64,000 nucleotides of DNA from Candidatus Omnitrophota bacterium (GCA_043826355.1 JBDRQI010000002.1:1-64000), one strand, 5' to 3'; counted from the stretch's first letter, positions 28,853 to 38,950 are shown. The notes: generated by a model not told the origin, from the sequence alone. Program-made: numbers and translations.

Positions 28853-31800
28853 AAGAAAGGATTTAAAGAAGATTCTTTTCATCGGTTCCGGCCCCATCAT
28901 TATCGGCCAGGCCTGCGAGTTTGACTATTCCGGTTCCCAGGCCTGCAAGGCGCTGAAGGAGGAGGGCTACCGGGTCGTTCTGGTCAATTCCAACCCGGCC
29001 ACCATTATGACCGACCCTAAAATGGCGGACCGCACCTACATCGAGCCGCTGACCGTTGAAATCCTCGAGAGCATAATTAAACGGGAGCGTCCGGATGCGC
29101 TTCTGCCCACCCTGGGCGGCCAGATTGGCCTTAACCTGGCGACCTTCCTGGCCCGGGAGGGGATACTGGGAAAGTACGGTGTGGAGTGCATCGGCGCCGA
29201 TGAGCAGGCGATTGCCCGGGCCGAAACCAGGGACCTTTTCAAAAAAACGATGCAGGGGATCGACATCGGCGTACCGGGTTCCGACCTGGCGTATTCGGTG
29301 GAAGGCGGGATGAAGATTGCCGAAGAGCTCGGTTTTCCGCTTATCCTGCGGCCGGCTTACACCATGGGCGGGACCGGCAGCGCCACCGCCTATAATGCGG
29401 AAGAACTTCAGGAGTTCCTGGCGAAAGGGATTGAGGCCAGCCCCATCGGCGAAGTATTGGTGGAACAGTCGGTGCTTGGCTGGAAAGAGATTGAGTTTGA
29501 GGTTATGCGGGACTGTGTTGATAACACCGTTATTGTCACCTCAATGGAAAACGTGGACCCGATGGGCGTGCACACCGGGGACAGCATCGTGGTGGCTCCG
29601 GCCCAGACGCTGACGACCGCGGAATACGGCAACCTGACCGATATGTGCCGCCGGATTATCCGGGCCATCGGCATCACCGGTGGCGGAGCCAACATCCAGT
29701 TTGCCGTCAGTCCGGAGAACGGCCGGGTCGTAATTATCGAAGTTAACCCCCGGCTTTCCCGCAGTTCCGCGCTCGCCTCCAAGGCCACCGGTATTCCCAT
29801 CGCCCGGATTGCGACCAAGTTGGCGGTCGGTTTTACCCTGGATGAGGTCAAGAACGAAATTACCGGCAAAACCTCTGCCTTTTTTGAGCCGACCGTGGAC
29901 TACTGCGTTTTCAAAATTCCCCGCTTCACTTTTGAAAAATTCCCGGCCGCGGACCAAACCATCAACACTTCCATGAAATCGGTGGGCGAAGCGATGTCCA
30001 TCGGCCGGACTTTCAAAGAAGCGCTCCAGAAAGGGATACGGTCCCTGGAAACCGGCCGGTCTGGTCTGGGCGCAGACGGCAAAGACAAAAACCTGTCTCC
30101 GGAAGAGATAAGAGACGGCTTGCGCGTTCCCAACGGCGACCGGCTCTTTTACGTTCGTTGCGCATTCCGCCAGGGTATCAGCGCCGATGAAATATTCAAC
30201 CTTTCCAAAATCGACCCCTGGTTTCTGGACCAGATTAAGGAGATAGTGGAATTGGAAGAGGGCGGTAAAAAACTTAACCCGGCCTGGTTGCGTAAGGCAA
30301 AAGAAGCCGGATTTTCCGACCGGCAGATCGCTTTTTTGAGCGGCAGGAGCGAAATGGCTATCAAGAAGATGCGCAAAAAGTTAAAGATTAATCCGGCTTT
30401 TAAATTGGTTGACACCTGTGCCGGGGAGTTTGAGGTGGAGAAACCCTACTATTACTCCGCTTACGAGGCGAACGACGAGAGCCGCGCGACCAAAAAGAAG
30501 AAGGTAGTCATTCTGGGCGGCGGGCCCAACCGAATCGGTCAGGGAATCGAATTTGACTACTGCTGCGTCCATGCTTCCTACGCGTTGAGGGAAGAGGGCT
30601 ACGAAAGCATTATGGTCAACTGCAACCCGGAGACCGTCTCCACCGATTACGACACCTCCGACCGTCTCTACTTTGAGCCGCTGACCCTGGAGGATGTGCT
30701 CAACGTGATTGAAATTGAAAAACCCCTCGGCGTTATCGTTCAGTTCGGGGGCCAGACGCCTTTAAACCTGGCGCTCGGCCTGATGAAGCAGGGCGTGAAG
30801 ATTATGGGCACCAGTCCGGATTCCATAGACCTGGCTGAAGACCGGAAGCGTTTCAGCCGGTTGTTGAAGAAGATATCCCTCGACCAGGCTCCCAACGGAA
30901 CCGCTTTCTCGGTGGAAGAAGCCCAAAAGATTGCCCGCCGGATCGGCTACCCGGTTCTGGTGCGGCCTTCCTACGTGCTGGGCGGAAGAGCGATGGAACT
31001 GGTCTACGACAACCAGTCCCTGGCGGAGTTTATGGTGATAGCGGCCCAGGTTTCCCCGGAACACCCGGTCTTAATCGACAAATTCCTGGAGGATGCGCTG
31101 GAGATAGACGTGGACGGTATCTGCGACGGGAAAAATGTGGTTGTCGCCGGAATTATGGAGCACATTGAAGAAGCCGGCATCCACTCCGGGGACAGCGCGA
31201 TGGTCCTGCCGCCTTACGGTCTGCCGCCGGCAATTCTTGACGAGATACGTGAGGCAACCCGGAAACTGGCGCTGGAACTGAAGGTCTGCGGCCTGCTCAA
31301 CATCCAGTACGCGCTGAAGGGCGATAAACTTTACGTGCTGGAGGTAAATCCCCGGGCTTCCCGGACGATACCCTTTGTCAGCAAAGCCATCGGTGTGCCT
31401 CTGGCCAACCTGGCTACCAAGTTAATGTTGGGCAAAACCCTGCCGGAATTGGGGTTTACCAAAGAGGTTAAACCCGGACATTTTGCGGTCAAAGAATCAG
31501 TCTTCCCTTTTGCCCGGTTCCCGGGCGTAGATGCGGTTTTAGGCCCGGAAATGAAGTCCACCGGCGAGGTGATGGGCATAGACGCTTCTTTTGAACTGGC
31601 CTACGCCAAGAGCCAGTTAGCCGCCGGCCAGGCACTGCCGCTTTCCGGCCAGATATTCTTAAGCGTCAGGGATAAAGACAAGCCGGTTCTTTTGCCTATC
31701 GCCCGGGGTTTTCAGCATTTAGGGTTTGAATTGCTGGCCAGTTCCGGCACCGGGAGGTTCCTCGGAGAACACAACGTTCCGGTCAAAATAGTACCCAAGG

Positions 31801-32066
31801 TGCATGAAGGCAGCCGGCCCAACGTGGTGGACCTGATTAAAGACAGAAAGATATCTCTGATTATCAATACGCCCTCCGGTAAAAGGCCCAGGCGGGACAT
31901 CACGTCCATGAGGGCGGTTGCGGTCAGCCGGAATATTCCCCTGGTAAGCACTATGCCCGGCGCCAAAGCCACCCTCCTGGCAATTAAGGCCCTGAAAGCG
32001 GGAGAACTGAAAGTTAAGACCTTGCACGAATACCACGCCGATCTTAAATCCCGGGAACGTGTTTGA
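28845..32066 (+). CDS. carB: Carbamoyl-phosphate synthase large subunit
   Basis: [56 protein letters not shown] domain. Confidence 0.99.
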   Translation: MPKRKDLKKILFIGSGPIIIGQACEFDYSGSQACKALKEEGYRVVLVNSNPATIMTDPKMADRTYIEPLTVEILESIIKRERPDALLPTLGGQIGLNLATFLAREGILGKYGVECIGADEQAIARAETRDLFKKTMQGIDIGVPGSDLAYSVEGGMKIAEELGFPLILRPAYTMGGTGSATAYNAEELQEFLAKGIEASPIGEVLVEQSVLGWKEIEFEVMRDCVDNTVIVTSMENVDPMGVHTGDSIVVAPAQTLTTAEYGNLTDMCRRIIRAIGITGGGANIQFAVSPENGRVVIIEVNPRLSRSSALASKATGIPIARIATKLAVGFTLDEVKNEITGKTSAFFEPTVDYCVFKIPRFTFEKFPAADQTINTSMKSVGEAMSIGRTFKEALQKGIRSLETGRSGLGADGKDKNLSPEEIRDGLRVPNGDRLFYVRCAFRQGISADEIFNLSKIDPWFLDQIKEIVELEEGGKKLNPAWLRKAKEAGFSDRQIAFLSGRSEMAIKKMRKKLKINPAFKLVDTCAGEFEVEKPYYYSAYEANDESRATKKKKVVILGGGPNRIGQGIEFDYCCVHASYALREEGYESIMVNCNPETVSTDYDTSDRLYFEPLTLEDVLNVIEIEKPLGVIVQFGGQTPLNLALGLMKQGVKIMGTSPDSIDLAEDRKRFSRLLKKISLDQAPNGTAFSVEEAQKIARRIGYPVLVRPSYVLGGRAMELVYDNQSLAEFMVIAAQVSPEHPVLIDKFLEDALEIDVDGICDGKNVVVAGIMEHIEEAGIHSGDSAMVLPPYGLPPAILDEIREATRKLALELKVCGLLNIQYALKGDKLYVLEVNPRASRTIPFVSKAIGVPLANLATKLMLGKTLPELGFTKEVKPGHFAVKESVFPFARFPGVDAVLGPEMKSTGEVMGIDASFELAYAKSQLAAGQALPLSGQIFLSVRDKDKPVLLPIARGFQHLGFELLASSGTGRFLGEHNVPVKIVPKVHEGSRPNVVDLIKDRKISLIINTPSGKRPRRDITSMRAVAVSRNIPLVSTMPGAKATLLAIKALKAGELKVKTLHEYHADLKSRERV

Positions 32067-32191
32067 AAAAAATGAAGAAGTGGGATTTTATCCCCTCCCA
32101 AATGTAGTGCGACCCCTGCCTACGCCAGCAACTGGTTTTGGCGAGGCAAACTTTCAGTGCCGGCTGCTAATGGTGAAAGGAGGATTCCGGT

Positions 32192-32641
32192 ATGAAAATG
32201 CTTAAAGAGTTCCGGGAATTCGCCATGCGGGGTAATGTCCTTGACATGGCCATCGGTATCATCATCGGCACCGCCTTCGGCAAGATTATCACCTCGTTCG
32301 TTAACGACATCCTGATGCCGCCCATAGGCGTTTTGCTGGGGAGAGTGGACTTTGCCAACCTCTTCGTCAATCTCTCCCCTCAGCGCTATCAGCGGCTGGC
32401 TGATGCGAAAGCCGCCGGCGCCGCCACCATCAACTACGGCCTCTTTTTGAACACCATCACCGATTTTATCATCGTCGCCTTTGTCATCTTCCTTTTGATA
32501 AAACAGGTTAACCGGTTTAAAAAGAAGGAAGAACCATCTGTTCCGGCAAAGAAAGATTGTCCGTACTGCCTCTCCCCCGTTCCGGTCAAAGCCGTTCGTT
32601 GCGCGCACTGCACCTCGGAGTTGAAGCCGGTAGAAGGTTAA
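32192..32641 (+). CDS. mscL: Large-conductance mechanosensitive channel with C-terminal Zn ribbon
   Basis: [27 protein letters not shown]...CAHC tail. Confidence 0.96.
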   Translation: MKMLKEFREFAMRGNVLDMAIGIIIGTAFGKIITSFVNDILMPPIGVLLGRVDFANLFVNLSPQRYQRLADAKAAGAATINYGLFLNTITDFIIVAFVIFLLIKQVNRFKKKEEPSVPAKKDCPYCLSPVPVKAVRCAHCTSELKPVEG

Positions 32642-32647
32642 AGGATA

Positions 32648-32992
32648 ATGGCCGAAGGAAAGAAGCGAAAGACCGGGTATTGCATAGCGGTAATTACCTG
32701 CCCTTCCAAAGAGGATGCTTTAAAGATCAAAGATTTTCTGCTGAAAAGCCGGTTGGCGGCCTGCGTTAACATACTTGAGGACGTGAACTCCTTTTTCTGG
32801 TGGCAGGGTAAGATTGATTTTGCTTCCGAGGTTATGGCGCTGGTCAAAACAACCCGCGCCAAATTTAAAAAAATCGTCGCCTGCGTTACGAAGGTCCATC
32901 CCTATAAAGTTCCGGAAATAATCGCCGTCCCCATAATTGACGGAAACAAACCCTACCTTGAATGGATAGATGACAGCCTGCAATCCACGTAG
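32648..32992 (+). CDS. cutA: Divalent-cation tolerance protein CutA
   Basis: LAACVN, S.FWWQG, HPY.VPEII, YL.W. Confidence 0.93.
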   Translation: MAEGKKRKTGYCIAVITCPSKEDALKIKDFLLKSRLAACVNILEDVNSFFWWQGKIDFASEVMALVKTTRAKFKKIVACVTKVHPYKVPEIIAVPIIDGNKPYLEWIDDSLQST

Positions 32993-33070
32993 TTGTTCTA
33001 ACGCAGTTTAGCGCAACAATTCTGTTGGCAACTACAGCCGTCCCTAGGGTATAATATCGGATGTTTTCGC

Positions 33071-33147
33071 GCCTGGATGGCGTGAACCGTAGTTCAGGAG
33101 ACGCAAAATCTTGCCTGCAATTCTTCTTGGCGTCAACGGCAGACGCA
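33071..33147 (+). pseudogene. Two degenerate copies of the tRNA-Leu 5' end/D-arm
   Basis: GCCTGGATGGCG...AGACGCAAA, and an exact AACGGCAGACGCA (33135-33147 = 33220-33232). Confidence 0.45.
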
Positions 33148-33206
33148 GTAGTAATAAAAAATCTATAGAGGTATTACGAATAATCATTTACACGAATAAA
33201 GTTTCA

Positions 33207-33291
33207 GCCGGGATGGCGGAACGGCAGACGCAAAGGACTTAAAATCCTTTGGGGAGTAATCTTCGTGGGGGTTCGAGTCCCCCTCCCGGCA
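33207..33291 (+). tRNA. tRNA-Leu(TAA)
   Basis: GCCGGGA/TCCCGGC acceptor stem; AAGGA-CTTAAAA-TCCTT anticodon arm; long variable arm; GGTTCGAGTCC T-arm. Confidence 0.96.
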
Positions 33292-33652
33292 CTAATTCCT
33301 GAAAAAAGGGACTCGAAGAGAGCACTGCTAATGCGACGAATAAGGAGCATTCGCCTGGCAGGGGTGGCGAGAAGGTGAGCCACCCTATCCTTAAAAGCAT
33401 TAAATAGGCAACGCGACGAGAAGGAGCAGCGACAGCGGGTCCCGTATAGGCGGCCGTTGCCTTCTACGGGGCGGGTGGCCTAGTCGAACGCAGTAAAGCG
33501 AGACCTCCGAATTTTAAGTGACGAAGCCTTGGCGCAGTCACTCCCGTTTTTTTGCTCTGCTGAAAATCCTGAAACGAAATTTGAACCCAGTGATGTGCGC
33601 AGGGGAAATTCCTTTCACCCGGTTCCGGTAAGATGGTAATATTTAGAATAAA

Positions 33653-34804
33653 ATGACGAGAATTTGCGCCTTTCTGTTTTTTTTGTGTCTGTCCGGGTGC
33701 GCCGCCAGACAGTTTGTGCCGTCAAAAAACACGGTGTTTATCCATCCCGGAGGGATGCACACTGTTCCGCAGATTCAAACGGTAAGGCAAAACAAGGAGA
33801 AAGAACCCTGGAAATCCGCATATGACCAGTTAATTCGGGAGGCGGACAAGGGACTTGCCGAAGATGCCGCCGCCGTAAGAGTTTTAACAGTTCCCGCATA
33901 CTATTTTAATCCCGTCCAGAGCATGTCCGCGAAAAAAGGTTTAAGCGAAAATGCTTCCGCCGCCTATGCTCTTGCCCTGGCTTATCAACTGGATTCAAAC
34001 GACAAGAGGATACAATATGCCCAAAAATCCGTGAACTTGCTGACCGCCTGGGCAAAAATTAACAAGCGTGTTTCGGGTGCTGACGGAGACCTGGTTCTCT
34101 GTTACGCGGGTATTCCGATGATTTTTGCGGCCGATTTGCTTTCCGATTACGACGGCTGGACTATTTATGACCGGGAAACATTTAAAGAATGGGTTGACCT
34201 GGTTTTCCGGAAAAGTGCCGATAAGATAAAAACGAGAGCGAATAACTGGGGTGCTTGGGGAGTTTTTGCTTCCATATCCGCAGCCCATTTGCTCGACGAC
34301 CGGCAGGGGGTATTGGACGATATTAATCTGATAAAAAAGCGTATTTCAGAGACAATTGCCTCAAATGGTGAGTTGCCCCAGGAGAACAAAAGAACAAACA
34401 GCGGGATGTGGTATACATATTTTGCCCTTGCAGCTACGACGGGTGCGGGGCAAATTGCACTGAACGCGACCGGTACCAATCTTTTTGAATACACCACGCC
34501 AAATGGCCGGACAATAAAGCTTGCCCTGGATAGGTTTTTTCTATATTGTCAAAAGGCCTGCGAGTGGCCTTACAGAAAACCGATTGGTCCGCTTGGTAAG
34601 ATATATAACATTTTTTACCCGTCCACAGATGAATTGAAAATTCCCGAGCCTTGGGACTGGCCGGCGAATCTTTATGAAGCAATGTCCGCCGTTTACGGGG
34701 AAAAAGATTGGGAAGGTTGGTTAGAAAAACACCGTCCTATCCGGGGAGGGCGCGGGTGGATTTACCCCACCCTGATGCGCAGCCCGGGGGCTGCAACCAA
34801 TTAA
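33653..34804 (+). CDS. Alginate-lyase-family (PF05426-like) lipoprotein
   Basis: Lipobox LSGC; FIHPG, PW..AY..L, NNWGAWG, G..PQE..R. Confidence 0.72.
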   Translation: MTRICAFLFFLCLSGCAARQFVPSKNTVFIHPGGMHTVPQIQTVRQNKEKEPWKSAYDQLIREADKGLAEDAAAVRVLTVPAYYFNPVQSMSAKKGLSENASAAYALALAYQLDSNDKRIQYAQKSVNLLTAWAKINKRVSGADGDLVLCYAGIPMIFAADLLSDYDGWTIYDRETFKEWVDLVFRKSADKIKTRANNWGAWGVFASISAAHLLDDRQGVLDDINLIKKRISETIASNGELPQENKRTNSGMWYTYFALAATTGAGQIALNATGTNLFEYTTPNGRTIKLALDRFFLYCQKACEWPYRKPIGPLGKIYNIFYPSTDELKIPEPWDWPANLYEAMSAVYGEKDWEGWLEKHRPIRGGRGWIYPTLMRSPGAATN

Positions 34805-35020
34805 AGAGTTTTGTGGTTTTTCCGCCCCGGGTGCCTGTTGAAACCCGGCTGACTTGACCCCAGGGAAAATCATTAGTCAGAAAAATTAACCCGCCGATAC
34901 GATTAAACGCCAACTAAACCAAATTACCCCCATAAAGCATGAACGCAGGGTGTTTTCTGGAAAAGCGCAAAACCCTAACCTTATTTTGTGCTATAATAAA
35001 AATGTAATCCCCGCGTTTTT

Positions 35021-35094
35021 GCGCCCATAGCTCAATAGGATAGAGCGTCAGGTTGCGGACCTGAAGGCTGGAGGTTCGATTCCTCTTGGGCGCG
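35021..35094 (+). tRNA. tRNA-Arg(GCG)
   Basis: GCGCCCA/TGGGCGC acceptor stem; TCAGG-TTGCGGA-CCTGA anticodon arm; GGTTCGATTCC T-arm; TATAAT about 25 nt upstream. Confidence 0.93.
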
Positions 35095-35167
35095 CCGGCT
35101 AAAATACTGCATAGAGAAATCAAACCGGCAAAGGGTGCGAAGCTTTAGCTTCGCGGAAGGAAAAATT

Positions 35168-35992
35168 ATGTTGAGAACGATAAGGAAAAGAGGTGTTTTA
35201 GTGCTGGCGGGTTTATTCTGTTGTCTGCTTGCCGGAAAGGTTTTCAGTCAGGAGATGACCGCGGAACAACTGACAGCCGACATAAGCCAGAAATGGAGCA
35301 ACGTCCAGGATTTACAGGGTGATATGACGGTTGGCATGCAGATGTTCGGCAAGATGATGGAGATAAAAGGCGCCATCTGGCAGAAAGAGAAGCTTTTCCG
35401 GGCAGAAATGACGCTGCCGCCGGAATTGATGCCGCCGACCGATAAACCGACTGAACCGCTTAAGGTGCTGATGGTCTTTGACGGCAAGATAATGTGGCAG
35501 ATGTGGCCGATGATGAATATGGCGACCAAAATTGATTTTTCCGCCCTGGAAGGAAAGATAAAGAACGCGCCGTTTTCAAAATCGTTTCATTCGCTTCCGG
35601 CCGTGTCTTATCAACTAAGCGAAAAGAAACGAAACGGAAACGATTATTATTTTCTGGAAACCAAAAACAGCAAGGAATTTATCCAGAACAGTCCGGTGGC
35701 CGGTTTAGGCGTAAACCTGCCTACAAACATGTCTTTCCAGAGTGTCGGCGTATGGGTTAACAAAGGCACCCTTTTTCCGGACCTGATTGAATTCTATATT
35801 CAGAAAAATACGCCGGGGATGTACGTGGAATTTAAAAATGTCAAAATCGACCAGGGCCTTGCTCAAGAACTATTTACCTTTAAAGTACCTGAGGGCGTGC
35901 AGGTGATGGATATGACCGCGTCGATGAAAGCGATTGCGGGAAAGACGACGCAACCGGCGGCCGAGCCGGATACCGGCCAGGTGCCACAATAA
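35168..35992 (+). CDS. LolA-like outer-membrane lipoprotein carrier/sorting protein
   Basis: Signal peptide; FRAE, MVFDGK..W, C-terminal F.F.VPEGV.V.D. Confidence 0.72.
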   Translation: MLRTIRKRGVLVLAGLFCCLLAGKVFSQEMTAEQLTADISQKWSNVQDLQGDMTVGMQMFGKMMEIKGAIWQKEKLFRAEMTLPPELMPPTDKPTEPLKVLMVFDGKIMWQMWPMMNMATKIDFSALEGKIKNAPFSKSFHSLPAVSYQLSEKKRNGNDYYFLETKNSKEFIQNSPVAGLGVNLPTNMSFQSVGVWVNKGTLFPDLIEFYIQKNTPGMYVEFKNVKIDQGLAQELFTFKVPEGVQVMDMTASMKAIAGKTTQPAAEPDTGQVPQ

Positions 35993-36034
35993 TACCGATT
36001 TGGATTTCGAAATAGAGCAGGGCGGAATCGGAAT

Positions 36035-36121
36035 GGAGAGGTGCCTGAGCGGTTGAAAGGGCCGGTCTCGAAAACCGGTAGGCGATTTATCGCCTCGTGA
36101 GTTCGAATCTCACCCTCTCCG
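36035..36121 (+). tRNA. tRNA-Ser(CGA)
   Basis: GGAGAGG/CCTCTCC acceptor stem; CCGGT-CTCGAAA-ACCGG anticodon arm; long variable arm; GAGTTCGAATCTC T-arm. Confidence 0.96.
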
Positions 36122-36222
36122 CCTACAAAAGGCTACGGAGGATAAAGTCAGCCGCTAAACTTATTTTCGGGGTGGGATTCGAAAACAAAAAGGTGCGGAA
36201 AATATCTTTTCCCGCTTTGAAG

Positions 36223-37146
36223 TTAGAACAGTTTTTCATCGTGCATCCAGGCGACTGCCCGCGCCATCGTTTCCTCGGGAGTGTATTCGGGAACATAATC
36301 AAGTTTTTCCCGGATTTTGGTTATATCAGGGCACATGTGGACCAGGAAGTGGTAGCTGGCTCCATGGTCCGGCAAAATCTTTTCTTGAAACTCCCCTGCG
36401 CTTACATATTCAACCGGTATCTTTACACCGTAGATTTCTCCGTAGGTCTCCACAAACCTGGTTGCCGTCAGGGCATAAGCCGAACCGACGTTGAATATTT
36501 TATCGGCCGCTGTTTCCGGCTTACGGACCGCGCGCCGAAAACCCTGTGCCACATCGGAAGCATCGCAGGGTCCAAGCAGGTTGTTGCATCCTTCCGGTAG
36601 TTGAACCGGCTCGCCTCTTTTATGCGATTTATGAACTTCAAGACTGCGCCCGCCTCTGCAATCCAGGGGTATTTTGCCGGGTCCGCAGATATTCGGCGGC
36701 AGGATTGCCGTGAAAGGGATTTTGTCCTTACGGGCTGTTTCCTTAACGGCTAAAATTTCATCGTATCTTCTTTGATAGCCTTCAAATCGACAGGGCCCCT
36801 GGGTTTCTTCCGGAACCGGAACGGTCTTTGGAATTCCCAGCATCCAGATCGAACCGCATACGATTATGTGCCGGGCCCTGTTTTTTACCGCCTGATAAAG
36901 TCCGGGAAGGTCGGCTCCCAGAATGTCAATGAATACCTCTGACTCTTCTTTGGCTGTGAGGTCAAGCCATGATTTTTTGTCGGTTGGGTAAGAACCCGTT
37001 TTGAAAATTGCGCGGTCCCAAGCCTTTCCTGCCGGCACCGGGGTGCGCCCCCGGGTTACTACGGTTACCGTGTGCCCGTCGTCAACCAACTGCGGAATTA
37101 AAAATCGGCCGATGTGTCCGGTCCCGCCGATGACAAAAACTTTCAC
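36223..37146 (-). CDS. NAD-dependent epimerase/dehydratase family protein
   Basis: VIGGTGHIG, P.NICGPG, FNVGS; GTG start. Confidence 0.85.
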   Translation of the reverse strand: MKVFVIGGTGHIGRFLIPQLVDDGHTVTVVTRGRTPVPAGKAWDRAIFKTGSYPTDKKSWLDLTAKEESEVFIDILGADLPGLYQAVKNRARHIIVCGSIWMLGIPKTVPVPEETQGPCRFEGYQRRYDEILAVKETARKDKIPFTAILPPNICGPGKIPLDCRGGRSLEVHKSHKRGEPVQLPEGCNNLLGPCDASDVAQGFRRAVRKPETAADKIFNVGSAYALTATRFVETYGEIYGVKIPVEYVSAGEFQEKILPDHGASYHFLVHMCPDITKIREKLDYVPEYTPEETMARAVAWMHDEKLF

Positions 37147-37546
37147 GGGAATCCTCCATTTATGTTTTGATTTGAGGTCTTCGGAATAGCGCTATGTTTT
37201 TGGCAACCACTGTCCTGTCTACTCCGGACCTTGGTCTTATTTTAGCAAAGATACGGAGGATTCTGTCAAATTTTACCGTTTAGATTAAATTTTCGACCAG
37301 TTATGGAATGGTACGTTTGACAAGAATAAACATTCCGTTGCACTATAATAACAAAACCCGGCTCATCATGCGCGGCTCCCGCGGTTTTCCAATGAAAGAA
37401 AAAGAAGAGGTTTTCGTTTCCGAACCCAACGAATTAAATGCTCTTTCCTATCCAAAGAAAAGGGGGGATAACCTGGATTTGTTGTGAGAAAATTTCTTCT
37501 TTCTTGTTCCTCGCACACGGGGGGTACGGGAGGGGCGACAAAAACC

Positions 37547-38050
37547 ATGAAAATTACAAAAAAACCAAAAAAAGAAAATCTGAAAATTAGGCTGGGAACC
37601 GAGGCAGATCTGGACCGCGTCTCGGAAATCGTAAAGAAGATATGGGGTATGGGCGGGGACAGTTTGTTGGAACAAAGATTCGGAATTATCGGAAATAAAC
37701 CGTGGCAGGAATGGACGAGCGCCGATATTCTGAAGTATATCAGAGAAAAGATGGGGTTTTTCCTGGCAGCCGAATTAAAAGGAAAGGTTGTTGGATTTGC
37801 AACCTACCGGTTAGATCAGGACCGCAAAATAGGAACCGTTGGCTATAACGGCGTGGATCCGGATTACGGCGGAAAAGGAATCGGAACAAAGTTGGTTGAA
37901 AAAACATTGAACCGCATGCGCAAGAACGGAATAGTTTACGCGCGGGTTATTACCGGTCTCAACGAAGGACACAAACCAGCCAGAAAGATGTACGAAAAAA
38001 TAGGGTTCAAACCATTGCTGGAAACAATTTCCTATGCCATAAAGTTATAA
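37547..38050 (+). CDS. GNAT N-acetyltransferase
   Basis: VDPDYGGKGIG, ARKMYEKIGF. Confidence 0.88.
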   Translation: MKITKKPKKENLKIRLGTEADLDRVSEIVKKIWGMGGDSLLEQRFGIIGNKPWQEWTSADILKYIREKMGFFLAAELKGKVVGFATYRLDQDRKIGTVGYNGVDPDYGGKGIGTKLVEKTLNRMRKNGIVYARVITGLNEGHKPARKMYEKIGFKPLLETISYAIKL

Positions 38051-38066
38051 TAAGGGAGAAAACTTC

Positions 38067-38939
38067 ATGAAGCCGAAGATTATAATGCACATTAACTATT
38101 GCGAACAGGGCCAGACCGTTCCGGAGATTTGTCAGAAGGCGGTAGATTGGGGTTTTGACGGGGTTGAATTCCGGAGAAAGCGCAGGGGAATAGAGGAAAG
38201 CGTCGAGGAATATCTTGACAATATCGTCCGGGCCGCAGCCAAAGCAAAAATGAAGCGCGTAATCTTCGGCGAACCGGGACCAGACCTGATGGTAGCCGGT
38301 GCCAACGAACGCCGCAGGGAACTTAAGGAGGTAATTGAATTCTATCGTCTGGCCGCCGTGCGATTTAAACTAACCACCTGCAACATTACTGCCGGCGCTC
38401 TCTTGAACCCGGATAAGAACGTGCCGTATGAAAGATATGAACTGCACGGGTCGCAGGTTGCCACCCGGGAACAATGGGACTGGACTGTTTCCGGTTTTAA
38501 GACGCTCGGCACTCTGGCCGAAAAACTTGGTTTCCGGCTGGCATTTGAAACCCACATGGGCTACCTGCATGACCTGCCCCGGGCGGCGAAAAAACTATCT
38601 GACCTGATAGGCAGCCCGGCCATCGGCGTAAATCTTGATTACGCGAATTACATAAACTTCCCGAACCATCTTTCAATACGCGAAACCATAGAAGAGATGG
38701 GCGACAGGTTATATTACGTACATCTCAAGAATTCCATATCAGCCGGGAAAAACGTCCGTTTCCCCTCCGGCCTGGCGCAGGGTGAAATCAATAACCGGGA
38801 ATTTCTCGGAATATTAAAGGAACGGGGATACGGAGGGCATATCTGCATTGAGGCGCCGCGGCCCGGAGACCGGGAGTATTATGCGCAGCAGGACATCGCA
38901 TACCTGAAATCGTTAATAAAAGACATAAAATGGACCTGA
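38067..38939 (+). CDS. Sugar-phosphate isomerase/epimerase (AP_endonuc_2 TIM barrel)
   Basis: GFDGVE, FETH, NLDYAN, VHLKN, IE. Confidence 0.85.
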   Translation: MKPKIIMHINYCEQGQTVPEICQKAVDWGFDGVEFRRKRRGIEESVEEYLDNIVRAAAKAKMKRVIFGEPGPDLMVAGANERRRELKEVIEFYRLAAVRFKLTTCNITAGALLNPDKNVPYERYELHGSQVATREQWDWTVSGFKTLGTLAEKLGFRLAFETHMGYLHDLPRAAKKLSDLIGSPAIGVNLDYANYINFPNHLSIRETIEEMGDRLYYVHLKNSISAGKNVRFPSGLAQGEINNREFLGILKERGYGGHICIEAPRPGDREYYAQQDIAYLKSLIKDIKWT

Positions 38940-38950
38940 CCGGAGGAAAA

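Noticed and set aside
32550..32641. Zn-ribbon tail on MscL as a novelty
   Set aside because: C-terminal CxxC..CxxC tails are common in MscL homologues
33061..33170. 6S RNA, SRP RNA or a 35-aa small ORF
   Set aside because: It lacks the SRP core and the long 6S rod; similarity to the tRNA-Leu 5' end explains it better
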